NCBI GenBank assembly: GCA_964016885.1
Contig: OZ024757.1
Span: 10,416,001 to 10,480,000 of the forward strand
Origin: Eledone cirrhosa
Taxonomy: Eukaryota
Direction: 5' to 3'
DNA length: 64,000 nucleotides
A program made the translations under genes and the position numbers. Below are positions 1 to 11,910 of the stretch, in pieces. A model generated the notes under the pieces. The model was not told the DNA's origin. It worked only from the letters and a program-made list of their open reading frames with translations, and searched no databases. Numbering within the stretch: position 1 is the first letter of the stretch; the number at the start of each line of letters is the position of its first letter.

Positions 1-926
1 CAGTTTGGGTTGAGTTAAGTTGGGGTCGAGTTAAGTTGGGGTTGTGTTAAGTGGGGGTTAAGTTAAGTTGGGGTTAAGTTAAGTTGGGGTTGAGTTAAGT
101 TGGGATCGAGGTAAGTTGGGGTTGAGTTAAGTTGGGGTTAAGTTAAGTTTGGTTTAAGTTAAGTTGGGGTTAAGTTAAGTTGGGGTTAAGTTAAGGTGGG
201 ATTAGGTTAAGTTGGGGTTAAGTTAAGTTGGGGTTAAGTTAAGTTGTGGTTAACTTAAGTTGGGGTTAAGTTAAGTTGGGGTTAAGTTAAGTTGGGGTTA
301 AGGTAAGTTGGGGTTAAGTTAAGTTGGGGTTAAGTTAAGTTGGGGTTAAGTTAAGTTGGGGTTAAGTTAAGTTGGGGTTAACTTAAGTTGGGGTTAAGTT
401 GGGGTTAACTTAAGTTGGGGTTAAGTTGGGGTTAACTTAAGTTGGGGTTAAGTTAAGTTGGGGTTGAGTTAAGTTGGGGTTGATTTAATTTGGGGTTGAG
501 ATAAGTTGGAGTCGAGTTAAGTTGGGGTTGAGTTAAGTTGGGGTTAAGTTAAGTTGGGGTTAAGTTAAGTTGGAGTTAAGTTAAGTTGGGGTTAAGTTAA
601 GTTGGGGTTAAGTTAAGTCGGAGTTAAGTTAAGTTGGGGTTAAGTTAAGTTGGGGGTAAGTTAAGTTGTGGTTGAGTTAAGTTGGGGTTGAATTAAGTTG
701 GGGTTGAGTTGGGGTTAAGTTAAGTTGGGGTTAAGTTAAGTTGGGGTTGAGTTAAGTTGGGGTTGAATTAAGTTGGGGTTGAGTTAAGTTGGAGTTAAGT
801 TCAGTTGGGGTTAAGTTAAGTTGGGGTTACGTTAAGTCGGGGTTAGGTTAAGTTGGGGTTAAGTTAAGTTGGGGGTAAGTTAAGTTGGGGTTAAGTTAAG
901 TTGGGGTTAAGTTAAGTTGGGGTTAA

Positions 927-995
927 GTCAAGTTGGGGTTAAATCAAGTTGGGGTTAACTTAAGTTTGGATTAACTTAAGTTGGGTTAACTTAAG
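927..995 (+). repeat. First copy of the recurring variant cassette GTCAAGTTGGGGTTAAATCAAGTTGGGGTTAACTTAAGTTTGGATTAACTTAAGTTGGGTTAACTTAAG
   Basis: The core TTTGGATTAAC is seen at about 965, 1274, 1901, 2742, 4258, 5357, 8236, 10801 and onward to 63850; roughly 60 copies by eye. Confidence 0.9.
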
Positions 996-3900
996 TTGGG
1001 GTTAAGTTGGGGTTAAGTTGGGGTTAAGTTAAGTTGGGGTTAAGTTAAGTTGGGGTTAAGTTAAGTTGGGGGTAACTTAAGTTGGGGTTAAGTTAAGTTG
1101 GGGTTAAGTTAAGTTGGGGTTAAGTTAAGTTGGGGTTAAGTTAAGTTGGGGTTAAGTTAAGTTGGGGTTAAGTAAAGTTGGGGTTGAGTTAATTTGGGGT
1201 TGAATTAAGTTGGGGTTAAGTTAAGTTGGGGTTAAGTCAAGTTGGGGTTAAATCAAGTTGGGGTTAACTTAAGTTTGGATTAACTTAAGTTGGGTTAACT
1301 TAAGTTGGGGTTAAGTTGGGGTTAAGTTGGGGTTAAGTTAAGTTGTGGTTAAGTTAAGTTGGGGTTAAGTTAAGTTGGGGTTAAGTTAAGTTGGGGTTAA
1401 GTTAAGTTGGGGTTAAGTTAAGTTGGGGTAAGTTAAGTTGGGGTTAAGTTAAGTTGGGGTTTACTTAAGTTGGGGTTAAGTCAAGTTGGGGTTAAGTCAA
1501 GTTGGGGTTAAGTTAAGTTGGGGTTGATTTAAGTTGGGGTTGAATTAAGTTGGGGTCGAGTTAAGTTGGGGTTGAGTTAAGTTGGGGTTAAGTTAAGTCG
1601 GGTTTAAATTAAGTTGGGGTTAAGTTAAGTTGTGGTAAGTTAAGTTAGGGTTAAGTTAAGTTGGGGTTTAGTTAAGTTGGGGTTAAGTCAAGTTGGGGTT
1701 AAGTCAAGTTGGGGTTAAGTCAAGTTGGGGTTAAGTTAAGTTGGGGTTAAGTTAAGTTGGGGTTAATTTAAGTTGGGATTAAGTTAAGTTGGGGTTAAGT
1801 TAAGTTGGCGTTAAGTTAAGTTGGGGTTAAGTTAAGTTGGGGTTAAGTTAAGATGGGGTTAAGTCAAGTTGGGGTTAAATCAAGTTGGGGTTAACTTAAG
1901 TTTGGATTAACTTAAGTTGGGTTAACTTAAGTTGGGTTTAAGTTGGGGTTAACTTAAGTTGGGGTTAAGTTAAGTTGGGGTTAAGTTAAGTTGGGGTTGA
2001 GTTAAGTTGGGGTTGAGTTAAGTTGGGGTTGAGTTAAGTTGGGGTTGATTTAAGTTTGGGTTGAGTTAAGTTGGGGTCGAGTTAAGTTGGGGTTGAGTTA
2101 AGTTGGGGTTAGGTTAAGTTGGGGATAAGTTAAGTTTGGTTTAAGTTAAGTTGGGGTTAAGTTAAGTTGGGGTTAAGTTAAGTTGGGATTAGGTTAAGTT
2201 GGGGTTAAGTTAAGTTGGGGTTAAGTTAAGTTGTGGCTAAGTTAAGTTGGGGTTAAGTTAAGTTGGGGTTAAGTTAAGTTGGGGTTAAGTTAAGTTGGAG
2301 TTCAGTTAAGTTGGGGTTAAGTTAAGTTGGGGGTAAGTTAATTTGGGGTTAAGTTAAGTTGGGGTTTAGTTAATTTTGGGTTAAGTCAAGTTGGGGTTAA
2401 GTCAAGTTGGGGTTAAGTTAAGTTGGGGTTAAGTTAAGTCGGGGTTAAGTTAAGTTGGGGTTAAGTTAAGTTGGGGTAAGTTAAGTTGGGGTTAAGTTAA
2501 GTTGGGGTTTACTTAAGTTGGGGTTAAGTCAAGTTGGGGTTAAGTCAAGTTGGGGTTAAGTCAAGTTGGGGTTAAGTTAAGTTGGGGTTAAATTAAGTTG
2601 GGGTTAAGTTAAGTTGGGGTTAAGTTAAGTTGGCGTTAAGTTAAGTTGGGGTTAAGTTAACTTGGGGTTAAGTTAAGTTGGGGTTAAGTTAAGTTGGGGT
2701 TAAGTCAAGTTGGGGTTAAATCAAGTTGGGGTTAACTTAAGTTTGGATTAACTTAAGTTGGGTTAACTTAAGTTGGGGTTAAGTTGGGGTTAACTTAAGT
2801 TGGGGTTAAGTTAAGTTGGGGTTAAGTTAAGTTGGGGTTGAGTTAAGTTGGGGTTGAGTTAAGTTGGGGTTGAGTTAAGTTGGGGTTGATTTAAGTTGGG
2901 GTTGAGTTAAGTTGGGGTCGAGTTAAGTTGGGGTTGAGTTAAGTTGGGGTTGAGGTAAGTTGGGGTTAAGTTAAGTTGGGGTTAAGTTAAGTTGGGGTTA
3001 AGTTAAGTTGGGATTAGGTTAAGTTGGGGTTAAGTTAAGTTGGGGTTAAGTTAAGTTGTGGTTAATTTAAGTTGGGGTTAAGTTAAGTTGGGGTTAAGTT
3101 AAGTTGGTGTTAAGGTAAGTTGGGGTTAAGTTAAGTTGGGGTTAAGTTAAGTTGGGGTTAAGTTAAGTTGGGGTTAACTTAAGTTGGGGTTAACTTAAGT
3201 TGGGGTTAAGTTGGGGTTAACTTAAGTTGGGGTTAAGTTGGGGTTAACTTAAGTTGGGGTTAAGTTAAGTTGGGGTTGAGTTAAGTTGGGGTTAAGTTGG
3301 GGTTAACTTAAGTTGGGGTTAATTTAAGTTGGGGTTGAGTTAAGTTGGGGTTGATTTCAGTTTGGGTTGAGTTAAGTTGGGGTCGAGTTAAGTTGGGGTT
3401 GTGTTAAGTGGGGGTTAAGTTAAGTTGGGGTTAAGTTAAGTTGGGGTTGAGTTAAGTTGGGATCGAGGTAAGTTGGGGTTGAGTTAAGTTGGGGTTAAGT
3501 TAAGTTTGGTTTAAGTTAAGTTGGGGTTAAGTTAAGTTGGGGTTAAGTTAAGGTGGGATTAGGTTAAGTTGGGGTTAAGTTAAGTTGGGGTTAAGTTAAG
3601 TTGTAGTTAAGTTAAGTTGGGGTTAAGTTAAGTTGGGGTTAAGTTAAGTTGGGGTTAAGGTAAGTTGGGGTTAAGTTAAGTTGGGGTTAAGTTAAGTTGG
3701 GATTAGGTTAAGTTGGGGTTAAGTTAAGTTGGGGTTAAGTTAAGTTGTGGTTAATTTAAGTTGGGGTTAAGTTAAGTTGGGGTTAAGTTAAGTTGGTGTT
3801 AAGGTAAGTTGGGGTTAAGTTAAGTTGGGGTTAAGTTAAGTTGGGGTTAAGTTAAGTTGGGGTTAACTTAAGTTGGGGTTAACTTAAGTTGGGGTTAAGT

Positions 3901-5649
3901 TGGGGTTAACTTAAGTTGGGGTTAAGTTGGGGTTAACTTAAGTTGGGGTTAAGTTGGGGTTAACTTAAGTTGGGGTTAAGTTAAGTTGGGGTTGAGTTAA
4001 GTTGGGGTTGATTTAAGTTGGGGTTGAGTTAAGTTGGAGTCGAGTTAAGTTGGGGTTGAGTTAAGTTGGGGTTAAATTAAGTTGGGGTTAAGTTAAGTTG
4101 GAGTTAAGTTAAGTTGGGGTTAAGTTAAGTTGGAGTTAAGTTAAGTTGGCGTTAAATTAAATTGGGGTTAAGTTAAGTTGGGGTTACGTTAAGTTGGGGT
4201 TAAGTTAAGTTGGGGTTAAGTCAAGTTGGGGTTAAATCAAGTTGGGGTTAACTTAAGTTTGGATTAACTTAAGTTGGGTTAACTTAAGTTGGGGTTAAGT
4301 TGGGCTTAACTTAAGTTGGGGTTAAGTTAAGTTGGGGTTGAGTTAAGTTGGGGTTGAGTTAAGTTGGGGTTGAGTTAAGTTGGGGTTAAGTTAAGTTGGG
4401 GTTAAGTTAAGTTGGGGTTAAGTTAAGTTTGGTTTAAGTTAAGTTGGGGTTAAGTTAAGTTGGGGTTAAGTTAAGTTGGGATTAGGTTAAGTTGGGGTTA
4501 AGTTAAGTTGGGGTTAAGTTAAGTTGTGGTTAAGTTAAGTTGGGGTTAAGTTAAGTTGGGGTTAAGTTAAGTTGGGGTTTAGTTAATTTGGGGTTAAGTT
4601 AAGTTGGGGTTAAGTTAAGTTGGGGTTAAGTTAAGTTGGGGTTAACTTAAGTTGGGGTTAACTTAAGTTGGGGTTAAGTTGGGGTTAACTTAAGTTGGGG
4701 TTATTTTGGGGTTAACTTAAGTTGGGGTTAAGTTAAGTTGGGGTTGAGTTAAGTTGGGGTTGATTTAATTTGGGGTTGAGATAAGTTGGAGTCGAGTTAA
4801 GTTGGGGTTGAGTTAAGTTGGGGTTAAGTTAAGTTGGGGTTAAGTTAAGTTGGAGTTAAGTTAAGTTGGGGTTAAGTTAAGTTGGGGTTAAGTTAAGTCG
4901 GAGTTAAGTTAAGTTGGGGTTAAGTTAAGTTGGGGGTAAGTTAAGTTGTGGTTGAGTTAAGTTGGGGTTGAATTAAGTTGGGGTTGAGTTGGGGTTAAGT
5001 TAAGTTGGGGTTAAGTTAAGTTGGGGTTGAGTTAAGTTGGGGTTGAATTAAGTTGGGGTTGAGTTAAGTTGGAGTTAAGTTCAGTTGGGGTTAAGTTAAG
5101 TTGGGGTTACGTTAAGTCGGGGTTAAGTTAAGTTGGGGTTAAGTTAAGTTGGGGGTAAGTTAAGTTGGGGTTAAGTTAAGTTGGGGTTTAGTTAAGTTGG
5201 GGTTAAGTTAAGTTGGCGTTAAGTTAAGTTGGGGTTAAGTTAAGTTGGCGTTAAATTAAGTTGGGGTTAAGTTAAGTTGGGGTTACGTTAAGTTGGGGAT
5301 AAGTTAAGTTGGGGTTAAGTCAAGTTGGGGTTAAATCAAGTTGGGGTTAACTTAAGTTTGGATTAACTTAAGTTGGGTTAACTTAAGTTGGGATTAAGTT
5401 GGGGTTAACTTAAGTTGGGGTTAAGTTAAGTTGGCGTTGAGTTAAGTTGGGGTTGAGTTAAGTTGGGGTTGAGTTAAGTTGGGGTTGAGTTAAGTTGGGG
5501 TCGAGTTAAGTTGGGGTTGATTTAAGTTGGGGTTAAGTTAAGTTGGGGTTAAGTTAAGTTGGGGTTAAGTTAAGTTGGGATTAGATTAAGTAGGAGTTAA
5601 GTTAAGTTGGGGTTAAGTTAAGTTGTGGTTAAGTTAAGTTGGGGTTAAG

Positions 5650-8600
5650 TTAAGTTGGGGTTAAGTTAAGTTGGGGTTAACTTAAGTTGGAGTTAAGTTA
5701 AGTTGGGGTTAAGTTAAGTTGAGGCTAAGTTAAGTTGGGGCTGAGTTAACTTGGGGTGAAGTTAAGTTGGGGTTAAGTTAAGTTGGGGTTAAGTTAAGTT
5801 GGGGTTAAGTTAAGTTGGGGTTAAGTTAAGTTGGGGTTAAGTTAAGTTGGGGTTAACTTAAGTTGGGGTTAAGTTGGGGTTAACTTAAGTTGGGGTTAAT
5901 TTAAGTTGGGGTTGAGTTAAGTTGGGGTTGATTTCAGTTTGGGTTGAGTTAAGTTGGGGTCGAGTTAAGTTGGGGTTGTGTTAAGTGGGGGTTAAGTTAA
6001 GTTGGGGTTAAGTTAAGTTGGGGTTGAGTTAAGTTGGGATCGAGGTAAGTTGGGGTTGAGTTAAGTTGGGGTTAAGTTAAGTTTGGTTTAAGTTAAGTTG
6101 GGGTTAAGTTAAGTTGGGGTTAAGTTAAGGTGGGATTAGGTTAAGTTGGGGTTAAGTTAAGTTGGGGTTAAGTTAAGTTGTAGTTAAGTTAAGTTGGGGT
6201 TAAGTTAAGTTGGGGTTAAGTTAAGTTGGGGTTAAGGTAAGTTGGGGTTAAGTTAAGTTGGGGTTAAGTTAAGTTGGGGTTAAGTTAAGTTGGGGTTAAC
6301 TTAAGTTGGGGTTAACTTAAGTTGGGGTTAAGTTGGGGTTTACTTAAGTTGGGGTTAAGTTGGGGTTAACTTAAGTTGGGGTTAAGTTAAGTTGGAGTCG
6401 AGTTAAGTTGGGGTTGAGTTAAGTTGGGGTTAAGTTAAGTTGGGGTTAAGTTAAGTTGGAGTTAAGTTAAGTTGGGGTTAAGTTAAGTTGGGGTTAAGTT
6501 AAGTCGGAGTTAAGTTAAGTTGGGGTTAAGTTAAGTTGGGGGTAAGTTAAGTTGTGGTTAAGTTAAGTTGGGGTTAAGTTGGGGTTAAGTTAAGTTGGGG
6601 TTAAGTTAAGTGGGGTTGAGTTAAGTTGGAGTTAAGTTAAGTTGGGGTTAATTTAAGTTGGGGTTAAGTTAAGTCGGGGTAAAGTTAAGTTGGGGTTAAG
6701 TTAAGTTGGGGGTAAGTTAATTTGTGGTTAAGTTAAGTTGGGGTTTAGTTAATTTGGGGTTAAGTCAAGTTGGGGTTAAGTCAAGTTGGGGTTAAGTTAA
6801 GTTGGGCTTAAGTTAAGTCGGGGTTAAGTTAAGTTGGGGTTAAGTTAAGTTGGGGTAAGTTAAGTTGGGGTTAAGTTAAGTTGGGGTTTACTTAAGTTGG
6901 GGTTAAGTCAAGTTGGGGTTAAGTCAAGTTGGGGTTAAGTCAAGTTGGGCTTAAGTTAAGTTGGGGTTGAGTTAAGTTGGGGTTGATTTAAGTTGGGGTT
7001 GAGTTAAGTTGGGGTCGAGTTAAGTTGGGGTTGAGTTAAGTTGGGGTTGAGGTAAGTTGGGGTTAAGTTAAGTTGGGGTTAAGTTAAGTTTGGTTTAAGT
7101 TAAGTTGGGGTTAAGTTAAGTTGGGGTTAAGTTAAGTTGGGATTAGGTTAAGTTGGGGTTAAGTTAAGTTGGGGTTAAGTTAAGTTGTGGTTAATTTAAG
7201 TTGGGGTGAAGTTAAGTTGGGGTTAAGTTAAGTTGGTGTTAAGGTAAGTTGGGGTTAAGTTAAGTTGGGGTTAAGTTAAGTTGGGGTTAAGTTAAGTTGG
7301 GGTTAACTTAAGTTGGGGTTAACTTAAGTTGGGGTTAAGTTGGGGTTAACTTAAGTTGGGGTTAAGTTGGGGTTAACTTAAGTTGGGGTTAAGTTAAGTT
7401 GGGGTTGAGTTAAGTTGGGGTTGATTTAAGTTGGGGTTGAGTTAAGTTGGAGTCGAGTTAAGTTGGGGTTGAGTTAAGTTGGGGTTAAATTAAGTTGGGG
7501 TTAAGTTAAGTTGGAGTTAAGTTAAGTTGGGGTTAAGTTAAGTTGGGGTTAAGTTAAGTTGGCGTTAAATTAAATTGGGGTTAAGTTAAGTTGGGGTTAC
7601 GTTAAGTTGGGGTTAAGTTAAGTTGGGGTTAAGTCAAGTTGGGGTTAAATCAAGTTGGGGTTAACTTAAGTTTGTATTAACTTAAGTTGGGTTAACTTAA
7701 GTTGGGGTTAAGTTGGGCTTAACTTAAGTTGGGGTTAAGTTAAGTTGGGGTTGAGTTAAGTTGGGGTTGAGTTAAGTTGGGGTTGAGTTAAGTTGGGGTT
7801 GAGTTAAGTTGGGGTCGAGTTAAGTTGGGGTTGACTTAAGTTGGGGTTAAGTTAAGTTGGGGTTAAGTTAAGTTGGGGTTAAGTTAAGTTGGGATTAGAT
7901 TAAGTAGGAGTTAAGTTAAGTTGGGGTTAAGTTAAGTCGGAGTAAAGTTAAGTTGGGGTTAAGTTAAGTTGGGGGTAAGTTAAGTTGTGGTTAAGTTAAG
8001 TTGGGGTTAAGTTGGGGTTAAGTTAAGTTGGGGTTGAGTTAAGTTGGGGTTGAATTAAGTTGGGATTGAGTTAAGTTGGAGTTAAGTTAAGTTGGGGTTA
8101 AGTTAAGTTGGGGTTAAGTTAAGTTGGCGTTAAATTAAGTTGGGGTTAAGTTAAGTTAGGGTTACGTTAAGTTGGGGTTAAGTTAAGTTGGGGTTAAGTC
8201 AAGTTGGGGTTAAATCAAGTTGGGGTTAACTTAAGTTTGGATTAACTTAAGTTGGGTTAACTTAAGTTGGGATTAAGTTGGGGTTAACTTAAGTTGGGGT
8301 TAAGTTAAGTTGGGGTTGAGTTAAGTTGGGGTTGAGTTAAGTTGGGGTTGAGTTAAGTTGGGGTTAAGTTAAGTTGGGGTTAAGTTAAGTTGGGGTTAAG
8401 TTAAGTTGGGATTAGATTAAGTAGGAGTTAAGTTAAGTTGGGGTTAAGTTAAGTTGTGGTTAAGTTATGTTGGGGTTAAGTTAAGTTGGGGTTAAGTTAA
8501 GTTGGGGTTAACTTAAGTTGGAGTTAAGTTAAGTTGGGGTTAAGTTAAGTTGAGGCTAAGTTAAGTTGGGGCTGAGTTAACTTGGGGTTAAGTTAAGTTG

Positions 8601-11600
8601 GGGTTAAGTTAAGTTGGGGTTAAGGTAAGTTGGGGTTAAGTTAAGTTGGGGTTAACTTAAGTTGGGGTTAACTTAAGTTGGGGTTAAGTTGGGGTTAACT
8701 TAAGTTGGGGTTAAGTTAAGTTGGGGTTGAGTTAAGTTGGAGTTAAGTTAAGTTGGGGTTAATTTAAGTTGGGGTTAAGTTAAGTTGGGGTTAAGTTAAG
8801 TTGGGGTTAACTTAAGTTGGAGTTAAGTTAAGTTGGGGTTAAGTTAAGTTGAGGCTAAGTTAAGTTGGGGCTGAGTTAACTTGGGGTGAAGTTAAGTTGG
8901 GGTTAAGTTAAGTTGGGGTTAAGGTAAGTTGGGGTTAAGTTAAGTTGGGGTTAAGTTAAGTTGGGGTTAAGTTAAGTTGGGGTTAACTTAAGTTGGGGTT
9001 AAGTTGGGGTTAACTTAAGTTGGGGTTAATTTAAGTTGGGGTTGAGTTAAGTTGGGGTTGATTTCAGTTTGGGTTGAGTTAAGTTGGGGTCGAGTTAAGT
9101 TGGGGTTGTGTTAAGTGGGGGTTAAGTTAAGTTGGGGTTAAGTTAAGTTGGGGTTGAGTTAAGTTGATATCGAGGTAAGTTGGGGTTGAGTTAAGTTGGG
9201 GTTAATTTAAGTTTGGTTTAAGTTAAGTTGGGGTTAAGTTAAGTTGGGGTTAAGTTAAGGTGGGATTAGGTTAAGTTGGGGTTAAGTTAAGTTGGGGTTA
9301 AGTTAAGTTGTAGTTAAGTTAAGTTGGGGTTAAGTTAAGTTGGGGTTAAGTTAAGTTGGGGTTAAGGTAAGTTGGGGTTAAGTCAAGTTGGGGTTAAGTT
9401 AAGTTGGGGTTAAGTTAAGTTGGGGTTAACTTAAGTTGGGGTTAACTTAAGTTGGGGTTAAGTTGGGGTTTACTTAAGTTGGGGTTAAGTTGGGGTTAAC
9501 TTAAGTTGGGGTTAAGTTAAGTTGGAGTCGAGTTAAGTTGGGGTTGAGTTAAGTTGGGGTTAAGTTAAGTTGGGGTTAAGTTAAGTTGGAGTTAAGTTAA
9601 GTTGGGGTTAAGTTAAGTTGGGGTTAAGTTAAGTCGGAGTTAAGTTAACTTGGGGTTAAGTTAAGTTGGGGGTAAGTTAAGTTGTGGTTAAGTTAAGTTG
9701 GGGTTAAGTTGGGGTTAAGTTAAGTTGGGGTTAAGTTAAGTGGGGTTGAGTTAAGTTGGAGTTAAGTTAAGTTGGGGTTAATTTAAGTTGGGGTTAAGTT
9801 AAGTCGGGGTAAAGTTAAGTTGGGGTTAAGTTAAGTTGGGGGTAAGTTAATTTGTGGTTAAGTTAAGTTGGGGTTTAGTTAATTTGGGGTTAAGTCAAGT
9901 TGGGGTTAAGTCAAGTTGGGGTTAAGTTAAGTTGGGGTTAAGTTAAGTCGGGGTTAAGTTAAGTTGGGGTTAAGTTAAGTTGGGGTAAGTTAAGTTGGGG
10001 TTAAGTTAAGTTGGGGTTTACTTAAGTTGGGGTTAAGTCAAGTTGGGGTTAAGTCAAGTTGGGGTTAAGTCAAGTTGGGCTTAAGTTAAGTTGGGGTTGA
10101 GTTAAGTTGGGGTTGATTTAAGTTGGGGTTGAGTTAAGTTGGGGTCGAGTTAAGTTGGGGTTGAGTTAAGTTGGGGTTGAGGTAAGTTGGGGTTAAGTTA
10201 AGTTGGGGTTAAGTTAAGTTTGGTTTAAGTTAAGTTGGGGTTAAGTTAAGTTGGGGTTAAGTTAAGTTGGGATTAGGTTAAGTTGGGGTTAAGTTAAGTT
10301 GGGGTTAAGTTAAGTTGTGGTTAATTTAAGTTGGGGTGAAGTTAAGTTGGGGTTAAGTTAAGTTGGTGTTAAGGTAAGTTGGGGTTAAGTTAAGTTGGGG
10401 TTAAGTTAAGTTGGGGTTAAGTTAAGTTGGGGTTAACTTAAGTTGGGGTTAACTTAAGTTGGGGTTAAGTTGGGGTTAACTTAAGTTGGGGTTAAGTTGG
10501 GGTTAACTTAAGTTGGGGTTAAGTTAAGTTGGGGTTGAGTTAAGTTGGGGTTGATTTAAGTTGGGGTTGAGTTAAGTTGGAGTCGAGTTAAGTTGGGGTT
10601 GAGTTAAGTTGGGGTTAAATTAAGTTGGGGTTAAGTTAAGTTGGAGTTAAGTTAAGTTGGGGTTAAGTTAAGTTGGGGTTAAGTTAAGTTGGCGTTAAAT
10701 TAAATTGGGGTTAAGTTAAGTTGGGGTTACGTTAAGTTGGGGTTAAGTTAAGTTGGGGTTAAGTCAAGTTGGGGTTAAATCAAGTTGGGGTTAACTTAAG
10801 TTTGGATTAACTTAAGTTGGGTTAACTTAAGTTGGGGTTAAGTTGGGCTTAACTTAAGTTGGGGTTAAGTTAAGTTGGGGTTGAGTTAAGTTGGGGTTGA
10901 GTTAAGTTGGGGTTGAGTTAAGTTGGGGTTGAGTTAAGTTGGGGTCGAGTTAAGTTGGGGTTGACTTAAGTTGGGGTTAAGTTAAGTTGGGGTTAAGTTA
11001 AGTTGGGGTTAAGTTAAGTTGGGATTAGATTAAGTAGGAGTTAAGTTAAGTTGGGGTTAAGTTAAGTCGGAGTAAAGTTAAGTTGGGGTTAAGTTAAGTT
11101 GGGGGTAAGTTAAGTTGTGGTTAAGTTAAGTTGGGGTTAAGTTGGGGTTAAGTTAAGTTGGGGTTGAGTTAAGTTGGGGTTGAATTAAGTTGGGATTGAG
11201 TTAAGTTGGAGTTAAGTTAAGTTGGGGTTAAGTTAAGTTGGGGTTAAGTTAAGTTGGCGTTAAATTAAGTTGGGGTTAAGTTAAGTTGGGGTTACGTTAA
11301 GTTGGGGTTAAGTTAAGTTGGGGTTAAGTCAAGTTGGGGTTAAATCAAGTTGGGGTTAACTTAAGTTTGGATTAACTTAAGTTGGGTTAACTTAAGTTGG
11401 GATTAAGTTGGGGTTAACTTAAGTTGGGGTTAAGTTAAGTTGGGGTTGAGTTAAGTTGGGGTTGAGTTAAGTTGGGGTTGAGTTAAGTTGGGGTTAAGTT
11501 AAGTTGGGGTTAAGTTAAGTTGGGGTTAAGTTAAGTTGGGATTAGATTAAGTAGGAGTTAAGTTAAGTTGGGGTTAAGTTAAGTTGTGGTTAAGTTATGT

Positions 11601-11910
11601 TGGGGTTAAGTTAAGTTGGGGTTAAGTTAAGTTGGGGTTAACTTAAGTTGGAGTTAAGTTAAGTTGGGGTTAAGTTAAGTTGAGGCTAAGTTAAGTTGGG
11701 GCTGAGTTAACTTGGGGTTAAGTTAAGTTGGGGTTAAGTTAAGTTGGGGTTAAGGTAAGTTGGGGTTAAGTTAAGTTGGGGTTAACTTAAGTTGGGGTTA
11801 ACTTAAGTTGGGGTTAAGTTGGGGTTAACTTAAGTTGGGGTTAAGTTAAGTTGGGGTTGAGTTAAGTTGGAGTTAAGTTAAGTTGGGGTTAATTTAAGTT
11901 GGGGTTAAGT
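5650..11910 (+). repeat. Tandem pair of 3,130-bp higher-order units (~5650-8780 and ~8780-11910)
   Basis: Rare variants recur at a 3,130 offset: CGAGG 6041/9171, GTAG 6180/9310, TAAGTTATGT 8461/11591. Confidence 0.88.

Noticed and set aside
957-997. AACTTAAGTT palindromes as terminators or operator sites
   Set aside because: There are no genes or promoters nearby, and the palindrome arises from a single substitution in the monomer.
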